Source: Candidatus Iainarchaeum sp. | Lineage (GTDB): Archaea > Iainarchaeota > Iainarchaeia > Iainarchaeales > DTGL01 | Assembly (NCBI GenBank): GCA_026413945.1 | Contig: JAOAJX010000002.1 | Coordinates: forward strand, 123,090 to 187,089 | Length of the DNA stretch: 64,000 nt | Reading direction: 5' to 3' | Shown: positions 18,333 through 27,739 of the stretch, in pieces | Numbering within the stretch: position 1 is the first letter of the stretch | Layout of the letters: every line of letters begins with the position of its first letter | Translations under genes and position numbers: made by a program | Notes under the pieces: generated by a model | Told to the model about the DNA's origin: nothing | The model's input: the letters and a program-made list of their open reading frames with translations, nothing else | The model's database searches: none

Positions 18333-19328
18333 ATGGCTGGCTCTTCTAATCACAGAACTTCGAGAATCAAAAATCCAGTGAAACCAGTCGCTGTTTTTGG
18401 CGCCGCACCTTGGATCACGAAGGCACAATTAAAAAGAGATGTTGCTGATAGGCGCAAATACGACATAAGAAGGCAGCCAAACAATTTCTTCCTTAGGCGT
18501 TTTTCAAAAGAGCGGCTACAAATAATTAAAGATCTAATAAAAAATGGTTTTGAACCGGTTTTGATGGTTAGCAACATTGACCTTGTTGACAAAAGGGTTT
18601 GGAGGTTCTGTAAGATTGCAAAGGTTGTAGGCGCAAGAGTTTTGATCTCTAAGAAAGAGACACCATATACCGGCTCGTGGTTGAGAGATGCATTTTCTGT
18701 AATAAAAGGTTACAGGTTTGTTTTTCCCTTTGATGAGCGCCTTTTGGGAAGAAGAATAGGAAATAAATTTTATTCTTATTTAGGAGATGGTGGCAGTGTC
18801 GTAAATATAGAAGATAAATTTATCCTTGTTTCAAAAAAAACAGCTTTATCCGCAATAAATGAAATCAATTTCCTCAAGAGAAGAGGCATGATTGTCTTTG
18901 AAATGCCACCTGGCCTCGTCACTGATTTTTTTAGGAGCCAAAAGGCCAAAAAGTTTAAGAGGCATCATCACATAGATTTGTTTGTAAACCGCATACCAGG
19001 TATGAAAATATTGGTTGTTGATCCTATTTACTATGCTGCTAACAAGAGGCTTGTTGATGAGATAGCAAAAGTCACAGGTTATAAGATTTTACAAATACCA
19101 GAAAAAGATAGGGATTATTATCCAGCAAATTTCCTTGATCTTGGCAAGGGCAAAATAATGATGAACCGGGCTGCAAGAGAAACAGCAAAGTTACTTGAAA
19201 GAGAAGGTGTTGAAGTAGTATTAACAAGTGTTCCGCTAAAAGGCAGCTCTGCTATTTACGGTGGCCTCAGATGCGCAGTTAATCTGCCAAAGAAGAGCAC
19301 TCAAAGAATAATGGAAAGCAAGCAATAA
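18333..19328 (+). CDS. Amidinotransferase / arginine-deiminase-like (pentein) protein
   Basis: WLRD, GDGG, HIDLF and C-terminal GGLRCA catalytic motifs; very basic. Confidence 0.75.
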   Translation: MAGSSNHRTSRIKNPVKPVAVFGAAPWITKAQLKRDVADRRKYDIRRQPNNFFLRRFSKERLQIIKDLIKNGFEPVLMVSNIDLVDKRVWRFCKIAKVVGARVLISKKETPYTGSWLRDAFSVIKGYRFVFPFDERLLGRRIGNKFYSYLGDGGSVVNIEDKFILVSKKTALSAINEINFLKRRGMIVFEMPPGLVTDFFRSQKAKKFKRHHHIDLFVNRIPGMKILVVDPIYYAANKRLVDEIAKVTGYKILQIPEKDRDYYPANFLDLGKGKIMMNRAARETAKLLEREGVEVVLTSVPLKGSSAIYGGLRCAVNLPKKSTQRIMESKQ

Positions 19329-19367
19329 GAAAAGTTTAGCTTAAGATTTAATTACTTTATAATCTCA

Positions 19368-19511
19368 TTATTTCTTAACTAATTTTCTGTGCAAACGCCT
19401 AAAAATAGTTGTTTTTCTGGCAGCAGCTTCAGTGTTATTGGTAAAAACTTTGCCTGGGTCAAAATCTTTTTTTGGGGGTTTTGGTTTTCTTTTACTTCTC
19501 CAGAATGGCAT
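19368..19511 (-). CDS. Small basic protein (47 aa), not in the ORF track
   Basis: MPFWRSKRKPKPPKKDFDPGKVFTNNTEAAARKTTIFRRLHRKLVKK*; fills the intergenic gap. Confidence 0.45.
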   Translation of the reverse strand: MPFWRSKRKPKPPKKDFDPGKVFTNNTEAAARKTTIFRRLHRKLVKK

Positions 19512-19545
19512 AAAAAACACTTTCAATAAAGATAATTAAATTTAT

Positions 19546-20151
19546 ATGCTTTATTTTTTTATGCCTGTCTACAAGCTTTTGCAAACACCTGATTGGCCAG
19601 CACTGATGATTGATGGAATATTGATGCATCGCATAAAAGGCACAAGCCCGAAAAAAGATGCTGAAGATAAAATTGCTTTGCTTAAAATCCGTGGTGGAAA
19701 TGTTTTGGATATATGCACAGGCCTTGGCTACACGGCTATAATAGCATCACATTATGCTGACTACGTTGTGACAATTGAGAAAGACAAAGAAGTTATTAGA
19801 ATTGCGAGGAAAAACCCAGCATCTGAGGAATTATTTAATTCAAAGAAGATATCGCTTATCGAAGGTGATGCCACTAAAGTCATTAAAAAATTCCAAAATG
19901 AATTCTTTGATTACATAATACATGATCCACCAACATTTGCTCGTGCTGGAGAGCTTTATAGCGGATCTTTCTATAAAGAGCTTTTTAGGGTTCTCAGATA
20001 TAAAGGAGTGCTTTTTCATTATACTGGTTTGCCATGTGAGAGATACAGGAAAAAGAGCTTAAGAAAAGGCATTATTGAGCGTCTTCGTGCAGCTGGCTTC
20101 AGGATAAAAAATTTTAGAGAAAATCTTGGCCTTCTTTGTGAAAAGCTCTAA
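19546..20151 (+). CDS. SAM-dependent methyltransferase (archaeal COG2521-like)
   Basis: IDGILMH; VLDICTGLGYTA; IIHDPP; ELYS; LFHYTG. Confidence 0.85.
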   Translation: MLYFFMPVYKLLQTPDWPALMIDGILMHRIKGTSPKKDAEDKIALLKIRGGNVLDICTGLGYTAIIASHYADYVVTIEKDKEVIRIARKNPASEELFNSKKISLIEGDATKVIKKFQNEFFDYIIHDPPTFARAGELYSGSFYKELFRVLRYKGVLFHYTGLPCERYRKKSLRKGIIERLRAAGFRIKNFRENLGLLCEKL

Positions 20152-20238
20152 CTTAGGCAAAATGGCACATTTTAAAAACTAATGTAGGCAGAATTTATTA
20201 TCTCGTTGTCGAAAAATACTGCTTATGAAGGTGATATT

Positions 20239-20712
20239 TTGGCAAAAAAAGTTGTGAAAAAAGCTACAAAAAAAGATGCTGAAAAAATCGTTGAAAAAAA
20301 GATTGAGCAACAGCCGAAAGAAAAGGCTTCACAAACTAAAGAAGCAGTACAAGAAGTTGCAGAAAAATTGCCTTTTCCAAACTCAGTAGTTGTGAGAATA
20401 ATGCGCCAAAACCTTGACCCCGGAAAGCAGATAAAGAAAAGGGTTAAGGTTGAGATGAACAAATGGCTTGCAGATATGGCTGCAAAAATTTCACAGGAAA
20501 TGAACAAGCAGCCATATAGGACAATTGACTATGCAATGTTCAAGGATGCTGTAGCTAAATATACAAAGCTTGAGGAAATTGCTGATGAGCGTGAACGTCT
20601 TCTTGGCTATGTAAACAAAATAAAGTCAGACTGCGAATACATGGAGAAAGAAATAAGGAGAAAGTTTGCGCTTAGCGAAGAAGAAATGGAATCTTTAATA
20701 AAACAGGAATAA
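20239..20712 (+). CDS. Histone-fold protein with a Lys-rich N-terminal tail and C-terminal coiled coil
   Basis: LPFPNSVVVRIMR..KQIKKRVK..RTIDYAMFKDAV histone-fold pattern; GGTGA RBS before the TTG at 20239. Confidence 0.7.
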   Translation: MAKKVVKKATKKDAEKIVEKKIEQQPKEKASQTKEAVQEVAEKLPFPNSVVVRIMRQNLDPGKQIKKRVKVEMNKWLADMAAKISQEMNKQPYRTIDYAMFKDAVAKYTKLEEIADERERLLGYVNKIKSDCEYMEKEIRRKFALSEEEMESLIKQE

Positions 20713-20719
20713 GCAACTT

Positions 20720-21307
20720 TTAAGCCCCATCATTGAAAAGTATTTTTCTAATTGTCAATGTTATTGGTGACTTTCCGCCTATGAAAAGCCAGGCAAAAAG
20801 CTTTGAAAAATTGTGAGGCTTTCTTTTTTGAGAGGCCTTTTCAAAGTCAATTATAAAAGGCATTCCATCCATTACCAGTATGTTTTTGCCTTTGCCTCCT
20901 AACTGCCCATGATCCAAACCGGCTTTGTCAAGCAATGCTGCCTGATAGAAGAGCTCCTCAATAAATGAAAGCAGTTCAGATTTTCTTGGTTCGCTTGCAA
21001 GCCAATCTGCAAAAGTAACCCCATCAACGTATTCCATAAGAATAGCGCGAAGTCTTTTATCGTAGCAAAATAATTTTGGGCCAATGCCGAGAGTATTTGC
21101 CTTTTTGAGGTTTGAGACTTCTTTGAGCAGCATATCTTTTCTGCCTGAGTCATCACGCTCAAGCTTAAGTGCAAATTTTTTGCCTTTTTTTCTTACAAGA
21201 AAAACAAATGAGGAATGGCCTCTTGCAAGCATTTTTTCGAGCTTAAGGCAGTTTCGCTCTAAAAATTCTTCAAGGCGCCTTTTCTCATTTTTGTTTGGCT
21301 GAATCAT
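20720..21307 (-). CDS. Atypical Ser/Thr kinase (Bud32/RIO-like, COG2112-type)
   Basis: ARGHSS, ALK, MEYVDG, DHGQL..KNILV, IIDFE. Confidence 0.8.
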   Translation of the reverse strand: MIQPNKNEKRRLEEFLERNCLKLEKMLARGHSSFVFLVRKKGKKFALKLERDDSGRKDMLLKEVSNLKKANTLGIGPKLFCYDKRLRAILMEYVDGVTFADWLASEPRKSELLSFIEELFYQAALLDKAGLDHGQLGGKGKNILVMDGMPFIIDFEKASQKRKPHNFSKLFAWLFIGGKSPITLTIRKILFNDGA

Positions 21308-21899
21308 CTAAGGCACCAAGCTTCACAAGCATTTTATAGACTTCTGCAAGTGGCAGACCTGAGTAGAAAAGCGTATCGCCAACAACGCGCTCACCGAACA
21401 TTATCACTGCATTTCCATCAAAAGCACCGGAAAAGCTTAGAACAGGGTAATTTTTTAAGTAATTCCTGATCTGCCAATCGCTTAGCTTCATAAATTTTAC
21501 CTTGCAGGATCTGAGCACACGGATTTTATTTCCAAAATCTGAATCAATGGCTGTTACGCCAGCCAAAATCTCAACCTCTTTGCCTGAAAATTTTTTTAGC
21601 ATAGCTTCAGCTTCGATCATATCTTTTGGCTTTTCATATATTTTGCCTTTAAGTGTTACAATCAAATCGGCACCAATCACAATTGCGCCTTTGACTTTTT
21701 CCGCAACAGCTTTTGCCTTCATCTCAGAAAGCTTAAGAACACGTCTCCTTGGGTTGTTTTCATTAATAGCATTTTCATCCACATTTGAGATGATTGCTTC
21801 AAACTCAATCCCTAATAAAGCAAAAGAAGCTCTCCTTGAAGATGATGCTGTCGCAAGAATAACCTTTTTTTTGGGCTTTACAGCATATTTAGAAAGCAT
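21285..21899 (-). CDS. maf: Maf-family nucleoside triphosphate pyrophosphatase
   Basis: ILATASSSRR; VDE; KA; IGADL; YEKPKD; GLPL. Confidence 0.88.
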   Translation of the reverse strand: MLSKYAVKPKKKVILATASSSRRASFALLGIEFEAIISNVDENAINENNPRRRVLKLSEMKAKAVAEKVKGAIVIGADLIVTLKGKIYEKPKDMIEAEAMLKKFSGKEVEILAGVTAIDSDFGNKIRVLRSCKVKFMKLSDWQIRNYLKNYPVLSFSGAFDGNAVIMFGERVVGDTLFYSGLPLAEVYKMLVKLGALDDSAKQK

Positions 21900-22025
21900 A
21901 ATAGCAAAACACCGGGTTAGATTTTAAAATCTTTCTTACTTCTTTCTTTTTATAGTAATCTAAATTATGTATTAAACGCCAATTTGTTTGCTTCTACATC
22001 TAAACATATTTTTGGAGGTGAAAAT

Positions 22026-23666
22026 ATGGTGCAAGACGCAAATCAAAGGCCTGTTATTTTTCTTTCTGAAGGTGCAAAAAGAACAAGAGGCAAAGACGCC
22101 CAGACAATAAATATCCTAGTCGCAAAAGCGGTTGCAGAAGCAGTAAAAACCACTCTTGGTCCAAAAGGGATGGACAAGATGATTGTAAATGAGCTTGGAG
22201 ACGTAACCATAAGCAACGACGGCGCAACCATACTCGATGAAATGGATGTCGAGCACCCTGTTGGAAAGATGCTTGTTGAAGTTGCAAAGACACAAGATGA
22301 AGAGGTCGGCGATGGCACCACAACGGCTGTCGTCCTTGCAGGATCTTTGCTTGAAAATGCAGAGAAGCTCTTAGCTGATGGAATACACCCAAGCATAATA
22401 GTAAAGGGCTATAGGTTGGCCGCAAAGAAAGCATGTGAAATAGCTGAGGCAACAGCTGACACAATATCAATAGATGACAAAAACACGCTTAAGAGCATTG
22501 CATCAACTTCAATGACTGGAAAATGCGGCACTGAGTCAGTTGAAGGCCTAGCAACGATGATTGTAAATGCAGTTATGCAGGTTGCTGAGAAAAGGGATAA
22601 CAAATATGTTATTGACAAGGAAATGATAAAAGTTGAAAAGAAGGAGGGCGGCAACCTTAGTGAAAGCGAACTTATAAATGGCATTGTTGTTGATAAAGAA
22701 ATAGTTCACAGTGATATGCCAAAGTACATTGAGAATGCAAAGATAGCCCTTATAGACTCTGCGCTTGAAATAAAGGAAACTGAAACAGATGCAGAGATTA
22801 GCATCTCAGATCCGGAGCAATTGCAGGCATTTATAGAGAAAGAAGAGGGTATGCTCAAAGATATGGTGGAAAGCATAAAGAAGGTTGGTGCAAATTGTGT
22901 CTTTTGCCAGAAAGGCATCGATGACCTTGCACAGCATTTCTTGGCAAAAGCAGGCATCGTTGCTGTGAGGCGCATAACAAAATCAGATATGGAAAAGCTT
23001 GCTAAAGCTACGGGTGCAAAGATTGTAACAAGGATAAAGGACATTAGCAAGGAAGACTTGGGATATGCGAAAGTTGTGGAGGAGAAAAAGTTCGGCGGCG
23101 AATCAATGGTTTTCGTAAGGGATTGTAAGAATCCTAAATCAGTGACAATACTTATAAGAGGCGGCACTGAGCATGTTGCCGCTGAAGCAGAAAGAGCAGT
23201 TAATGATGCAATTGGCACAGTGAGCGCAGCAGTAAAGAGTGGCAAAATTGTAAGCGGCGGTGGAAGCATAGAGATGGAGTTATCAATGCAATTGCGCAAC
23301 TATGCAACCACAATCGGCGGCAGAGAGCAGCTTGCTATTGAAGCATTTGCAGATGCTTTAGAAGTGATACCAAAAGCACTTGCTGAAACCGCTGGCATGG
23401 ATCCAATTGATACATTAGTTGAGCTCAGGGCAAAACACAGGGAAAAAAGCGGCAAATACTTTGGCATTGACGTATACAAAGCAAAGATTGTGGAAATGAA
23501 TAAGCTAAAGGTAATAGAGCCATTAGCAGTGAAAACTCAAGCGATAACTTCTGCTTCAGAGGTTGCGGAGATGATATTGCGCATCGATGACATAATTGCC
23601 GGCTCATCGAAAAGCAAATCAAAAGGCCCGAGCGAAAGCCCTGAAGGCAGCGGCGAGTTTGACTAA
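22026..23666 (+). CDS. Thermosome (group II chaperonin) subunit
   Basis: [11 protein letters not shown]; NDGATIL; GDGTTTAV; LRIDDII; GGAGGTG RBS before the ATG at 22026. Confidence 0.98.
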   Translation: MVQDANQRPVIFLSEGAKRTRGKDAQTINILVAKAVAEAVKTTLGPKGMDKMIVNELGDVTISNDGATILDEMDVEHPVGKMLVEVAKTQDEEVGDGTTTAVVLAGSLLENAEKLLADGIHPSIIVKGYRLAAKKACEIAEATADTISIDDKNTLKSIASTSMTGKCGTESVEGLATMIVNAVMQVAEKRDNKYVIDKEMIKVEKKEGGNLSESELINGIVVDKEIVHSDMPKYIENAKIALIDSALEIKETETDAEISISDPEQLQAFIEKEEGMLKDMVESIKKVGANCVFCQKGIDDLAQHFLAKAGIVAVRRITKSDMEKLAKATGAKIVTRIKDISKEDLGYAKVVEEKKFGGESMVFVRDCKNPKSVTILIRGGTEHVAAEAERAVNDAIGTVSAAVKSGKIVSGGGSIEMELSMQLRNYATTIGGREQLAIEAFADALEVIPKALAETAGMDPIDTLVELRAKHREKSGKYFGIDVYKAKIVEMNKLKVIEPLAVKTQAITSASEVAEMILRIDDIIAGSSKSKSKGPSESPEGSGEFD

Positions 23667-23674
23667 ATTTTTGT

Positions 23675-23710
23675 AGGGGCTCAAAAGCCCTTTTACACTA
23701 TTTTTTTATA
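23675..23710 (+). terminator. Hairpin plus T-tract after the thermosome gene
   Basis: GGGCT-caaa-AGCCC followed by TTTT and a long T run. Confidence 0.55.
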
Positions 23711-23732
23711 CTTATTCTTCTTTTTTCATTGT

Positions 23733-24260
23733 ATGCTAATTATAGCAGTCGTTGGCCTGGCAAGAAGTGGAAAAGACACCTTCGCAAACTATCTTGAAAG
23801 GAGATATGGTTTCAAGAGGTTTGATTTCTATTCTGATGTCATAGTGCCTATGATGAGAGAGCAGAAGATAAAGCCAACAAAGGCCAATGCGGCAAAGTTT
23901 GGCAATAGCATGCGCCAAAAATTTGGAATGGGTGTTTTCGGTCAAAAGATGGCGCAGATAATAAGGGGCAATGACAAAGTTGTTGTCACCGGAGCGAGAT
24001 CGCTTGAAGAGCTCTCCGAACTTGAAAAAGCTTCGGAAAAATTCTTTATAATCAAGATTGAAGCTTCAAAGGAATTAAGGTTCTCGAGGCGCAGTGATCT
24101 TGATCCAAAAAACGAAAACGACTTCTTTGCTAGAGATACTGATGATCTTATTAACAAAGGGCTTGACAAAGTTTTGAGGGCCTCTGAGCTTGTAATTAAA
24201 AACAATTCAACGATAGCTGATTTTGAAAAGGCAATTGATGATATTATGAAAAGGATTTAA
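23733..24260 (+). CDS. P-loop kinase (archaeal dephospho-CoA-kinase-like, COG0237)
   Basis: GLARSGKDT; TGARS..E; LRFSR; IKNNST. Confidence 0.75.
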   Translation: MLIIAVVGLARSGKDTFANYLERRYGFKRFDFYSDVIVPMMREQKIKPTKANAAKFGNSMRQKFGMGVFGQKMAQIIRGNDKVVVTGARSLEELSELEKASEKFFIIKIEASKELRFSRRSDLDPKNENDFFARDTDDLINKGLDKVLRASELVIKNNSTIADFEKAIDDIMKRI

Positions 24261-24281
24261 ACCTTTTCAACAAGAGTTATT

Positions 24282-24995
24282 TTGAACGCTATGCTATATA
24301 TTGCGACAGGAAGTGCGGATTTTTTCCGGGACACTGTAACAAAAATTTTTGATGAAATCTATCGCGCATTGCCTGGTCTGCTCGGTTTCATAATATTGTC
24401 CTTCGTTGGCTATATAATAGGCTTAATACTGAAAAAGTTATTATTAAGAGCCACAGCTCATATGCGCATAGAAGAATGGCTAGAAGAGCAAAGTCTTTTG
24501 CAAGTAGTTACTGCAAAAACATTAACATCAATTCTTGGTAATATATTGCACTGGTCAATAATACTTCTTTTTATGGCTCAAGGCGCTGAGCTTATGCGCT
24601 ATGAGGTTTTAAGGAACGCTTTGCATTGGATAATCTATTTCATTTTACTAGTCCTGCTTGCGATTGTTATCTTACTGTCAGGGCTTGTAATAGGCAGATA
24701 CATAAAAAACACTATTGAAAATTCTGTAGAGAAAATAGGGAAAATCATTGGTCTAATTGCAGAGGCTTTTGTTGTCTTTATATCAGCCATAATGGCACTC
24801 GAAGTTATTCCTGGAGTAAACACTGCTGTGCTACACTACGCTTTCATAATAGTTTTTGGAAGCATAGCAATTGCCATAGCAATTGCCATTGGGATTGGAT
24901 TTGGGCTTGCACTTAAGGACGAGGCAAAGGAGATAATAGAAGAATTAAAAAAACCAAATAATATAAAGAGAAAAAAAAGTGCTAAGGGCGAGTAA
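24282..24995 (+). CDS. MscS-like TM-helix-repeat membrane protein (CmpX-like)
   Basis: LPGLLG..VGYIIG repeat; AIAIAIGIGFGLA. Confidence 0.7.
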   Translation: MNAMLYIATGSADFFRDTVTKIFDEIYRALPGLLGFIILSFVGYIIGLILKKLLLRATAHMRIEEWLEEQSLLQVVTAKTLTSILGNILHWSIILLFMAQGAELMRYEVLRNALHWIIYFILLVLLAIVILLSGLVIGRYIKNTIENSVEKIGKIIGLIAEAFVVFISAIMALEVIPGVNTAVLHYAFIIVFGSIAIAIAIAIGIGFGLALKDEAKEIIEELKKPNNIKRKKSAKGE

Positions 24996-24997
24996 AA

Positions 24998-25192
24998 ATG
25001 GAAGAATGGAAAAAGTGGATGTACGTTGAGTGGTGTTTTCTTGGCTGCGGCGCATTCACAATGATAGTGAATGCCATCGTGATTTTGAGTGGCTCTGATT
25101 TGAATACAAATCTGCTTATCTGCATGTTCTCTTCTTTTATCCTTGCTGGGATATTTGGAATAAAGTCGAAGTTATATAAAAGTGGAAAGTAA
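24998..25192 (+). CDS. Small two-TM membrane protein
   Basis: Two hydrophobic segments; directly follows the previous gene. Confidence 0.5.
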   Translation: MEEWKKWMYVEWCFLGCGAFTMIVNAIVILSGSDLNTNLLICMFSSFILAGIFGIKSKLYKSGK

Positions 25193-25200
25193 AATAAGTA

Positions 25201-25293
25201 TGGGCGTGGCAGGACTCGAACCTGCGACCGATGGTGCACTTAAGGTTTTTTGCCTTTATAAGACCATTGCTCTGCCAACTGAGCTACACGCCC
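25201..25293 (-). tRNA. tRNA-Ile(UAU) with a 20-nt intron at 37/38 (25237-25256)
   Basis: GGGCGTG/CACGCCC acceptor; ATGGT-CT-TAT-A|intron|C-ACCAT; perfect BHB with a CTTA/TAAG central helix. Confidence 0.92.
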
Positions 25294-25314
25294 TCAGAAA
25301 GCATAAGTAACCAA

Positions 25315-25488
25315 CTACTTTAACACAATATAATTCATTATCAAAGTTACTATAAGTATAGCAACTATTATTATGATAAGCAACTCTGGTCTTATCTGTG
25401 GTGCTTTTGTGTCTGCATCAAAAAAGCGCATTATGCCAAGGGCACCACTAGGTGCATACGCCTTCTTGCCTTTACCAAGTTTTACCAT
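25315..25488 (-). CDS. secG: Preprotein translocase Sec61beta
   Basis: PSGALGIMRFFD..PQIRPE followed by a C-terminal TM helix. Confidence 0.88.
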   Translation of the reverse strand: MVKLGKGKKAYAPSGALGIMRFFDADTKAPQIRPELLIIIIVAILIVTLIMNYIVLK

Positions 25489-25551
25489 ATAAAACACGCC
25501 TCTATGATCTAAACAATATAATTTTATAAAGAGAAGAACTTATTTAAAAGT

Positions 25552-26520
25552 ATGGTTAGCGTTTCTGGGAACACTGATATTACAAAACTTGCATCAAGAA
25601 TATTAATCTTTTTAATTCTTGTTTTCGTGCTCCTTTATGTATTGACATGGACAAATACATTAAAATGCAAATCTTTACCTGGCTGGTGTAGTGTCTATTA
25701 CGCAATCAGAGGCAAACCAAAGGTGCTAATTGCTGTTGGTGACTATGGCTTAGGAGATCCTGAATTGCTGAGAAGACTAATGTCTAACCCAAGGTCGCTT
25801 GGTGTAAGACCAGATATAAGGGACATAGATATGCTAAAACCGGGAAACCTAAAAGAGTATGACCTTGTGATTGTTGAAAGAGCAAGGAAAATGAGTTCTG
25901 AAAAAGTAAGGATGTTTGTAGAATATGCTAACCAAGGTGGAAATCTCATATGGACGGGTGATTCTGGCGCAGAAGCTTTTGATAACAATGAGTTTCTTTA
26001 CAGAGACGAGCTCGGTGATTCAAAACAGCCGCACACGATAATAAACCCATGGGCTAGAAAACATGAAGATACAGCAATACTTTTGAATGAGCTTCTTTCG
26101 CTTGAGTATGTGTGCAACTATAAGGATATCAGGGGAGACGTTAGCCACGAGACGCTTATAGGTAATCTTGTGCCACTAAACCTAGAAAACCCTTTTGTAT
26201 ATGGCATTTCTCCATCTTTAGCTTTCTACATAACACCGGAGACTGATTTTGCCGTTGTTAGGACAATTGAAAAAGGCACTAGCACTGCAGTAATGGTTCT
26301 CGACGTTGGTTCAAATATAACATATGGTGGAAAAAAATATGGTAAGACGCTGCCCTTCATTGTTACAAATGCAAAAGGAAATGTTATTGGGCTAAAGATT
26401 GGTGAAAATGTTGCCTATTATGCTATGCCACCTGAGTATTTTATGCATGAATCGTTACCTAAAGAAAGAAGATACCCAACAATAGTAGAAAAGATGTTCA
26501 TTGGAATGCTCTATGGATGA
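25552..26520 (+). CDS. Membrane-anchored protein with a GATase/flavodoxin-like extracellular domain
   Basis: N-terminal TM; LKEYDLVIV..YANQGGNLIWTGDSG; paralog of 27740. Confidence 0.65.
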   Translation: MVSVSGNTDITKLASRILIFLILVFVLLYVLTWTNTLKCKSLPGWCSVYYAIRGKPKVLIAVGDYGLGDPELLRRLMSNPRSLGVRPDIRDIDMLKPGNLKEYDLVIVERARKMSSEKVRMFVEYANQGGNLIWTGDSGAEAFDNNEFLYRDELGDSKQPHTIINPWARKHEDTAILLNELLSLEYVCNYKDIRGDVSHETLIGNLVPLNLENPFVYGISPSLAFYITPETDFAVVRTIEKGTSTAVMVLDVGSNITYGGKKYGKTLPFIVTNAKGNVIGLKIGENVAYYAMPPEYFMHESLPKERRYPTIVEKMFIGMLYG

Positions 26521-26562
26521 ATAAAGGTGCCCTTTTTAAACAATCAATGAGTTACTTATTTT

Positions 26563-27615
26563 ATGGAAACAATTGTTCTTAAATTAAATCCAAAAAGGCC
26601 TGATAAAAAAAAGATAAAAAAAGCCGCAGATATAATAAAGAGCGGTGGCTTAGTGGTTTTTCCAACAGAAACTGTTTATGGTTTGGGTGCTAACGCATTT
26701 GATAAAAGTGCTGTAAGAAGGATATTTGAAACAAAGGGCAGGCCTACTGATAACCCGCTTATTGTACATATATACAGCAAAAGACAATTGAATGAGATAA
26801 CAAAAGAAGCGCCCAAAATTGCTAAAAAACTTGCAAACAAGTTCTGGCCTGGTGCATTGACATTAATTCTCAAAAAAAAGCAGATAATTCCCTCAGAAGT
26901 TACATGTGGCTTAAGAACTGTGGCTGTAAGAATGCCTTCTCATAGTGTTGCTCGAGCACTATGCAAAGAAGCTGGTGTTCCGATAGCTGCGCCTTCAGCA
27001 AACATCTCAGGAAGACCAAGCATAACTTCAGGCAGGCACGCAATCGAAGAATTTCTTGGCAAGGTTGAATGCATAATTGATGCTGGTCAGACAGATATTG
27101 GGCTTGAGTCAACTGTGCTCGACATGACTTCTAAAGTCCCTGAGTTGTTAAGGCCTGGTGGAATCACCCCAGAAGAAATTATGTCGGTGTGCGGGGAGAT
27201 TAAAGTTGGCAAAGTAGCAAAAGCAAAAGGCGAAGAGTCAACACCAAAATCACCTGGAACGAAATATAGGCATTATGCGCCAAAAGCAAAAGTCATTCTT
27301 GCAGAAGGCCCTGAAAAAAAAGCGATTATTTTGGCAGAAAAAATTGCCAAAGCAAAAGCAATTGAGGGAAAAAAGGTGGCCTTGTTACTGCTAAAAACAG
27401 AAAGAAATAGGTGTCATATAACGAATTTGTCTGGAAAAATAAAATCAATACAACTCTATGGCAAAAAGAATATTGCAAAGCGACTGTTCTTTGCTCTTAG
27501 AAAGCTTGATTCTGAAAAAACTGAAATAATTGTTGCGAACGCAATTGATGAGAATGGCTTAGGCCTTGCAATAATGAATCGCCTCAGAAAGGCGAGCACC
27601 ATCATTGTGGCTTAA
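26563..27615 (+). CDS. sua5: L-threonylcarbamoyladenylate synthase Sua5
   Basis: FPTETVYGLG; KGRP.DNPLIVH; APSANISG; PGTKYRHYAP; AIMNRL. Confidence 0.97.
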   Translation: METIVLKLNPKRPDKKKIKKAADIIKSGGLVVFPTETVYGLGANAFDKSAVRRIFETKGRPTDNPLIVHIYSKRQLNEITKEAPKIAKKLANKFWPGALTLILKKKQIIPSEVTCGLRTVAVRMPSHSVARALCKEAGVPIAAPSANISGRPSITSGRHAIEEFLGKVECIIDAGQTDIGLESTVLDMTSKVPELLRPGGITPEEIMSVCGEIKVGKVAKAKGEESTPKSPGTKYRHYAPKAKVILAEGPEKKAIILAEKIAKAKAIEGKKVALLLLKTERNRCHITNLSGKIKSIQLYGKKNIAKRLFFALRKLDSEKTEIIVANAIDENGLGLAIMNRLRKASTIIVA

Positions 27616-27739
27616 GATGAGCATGTTTTGGAGAGTAAACAAAAGGTTTTTAAATACCGAAAGCCATAATTTGTGTTATATTTAGAGTTAGTAGCAATGA
27701 AAAAAGTTAAAAACCGAAGGAGCTATAAATAAGTAAGGG

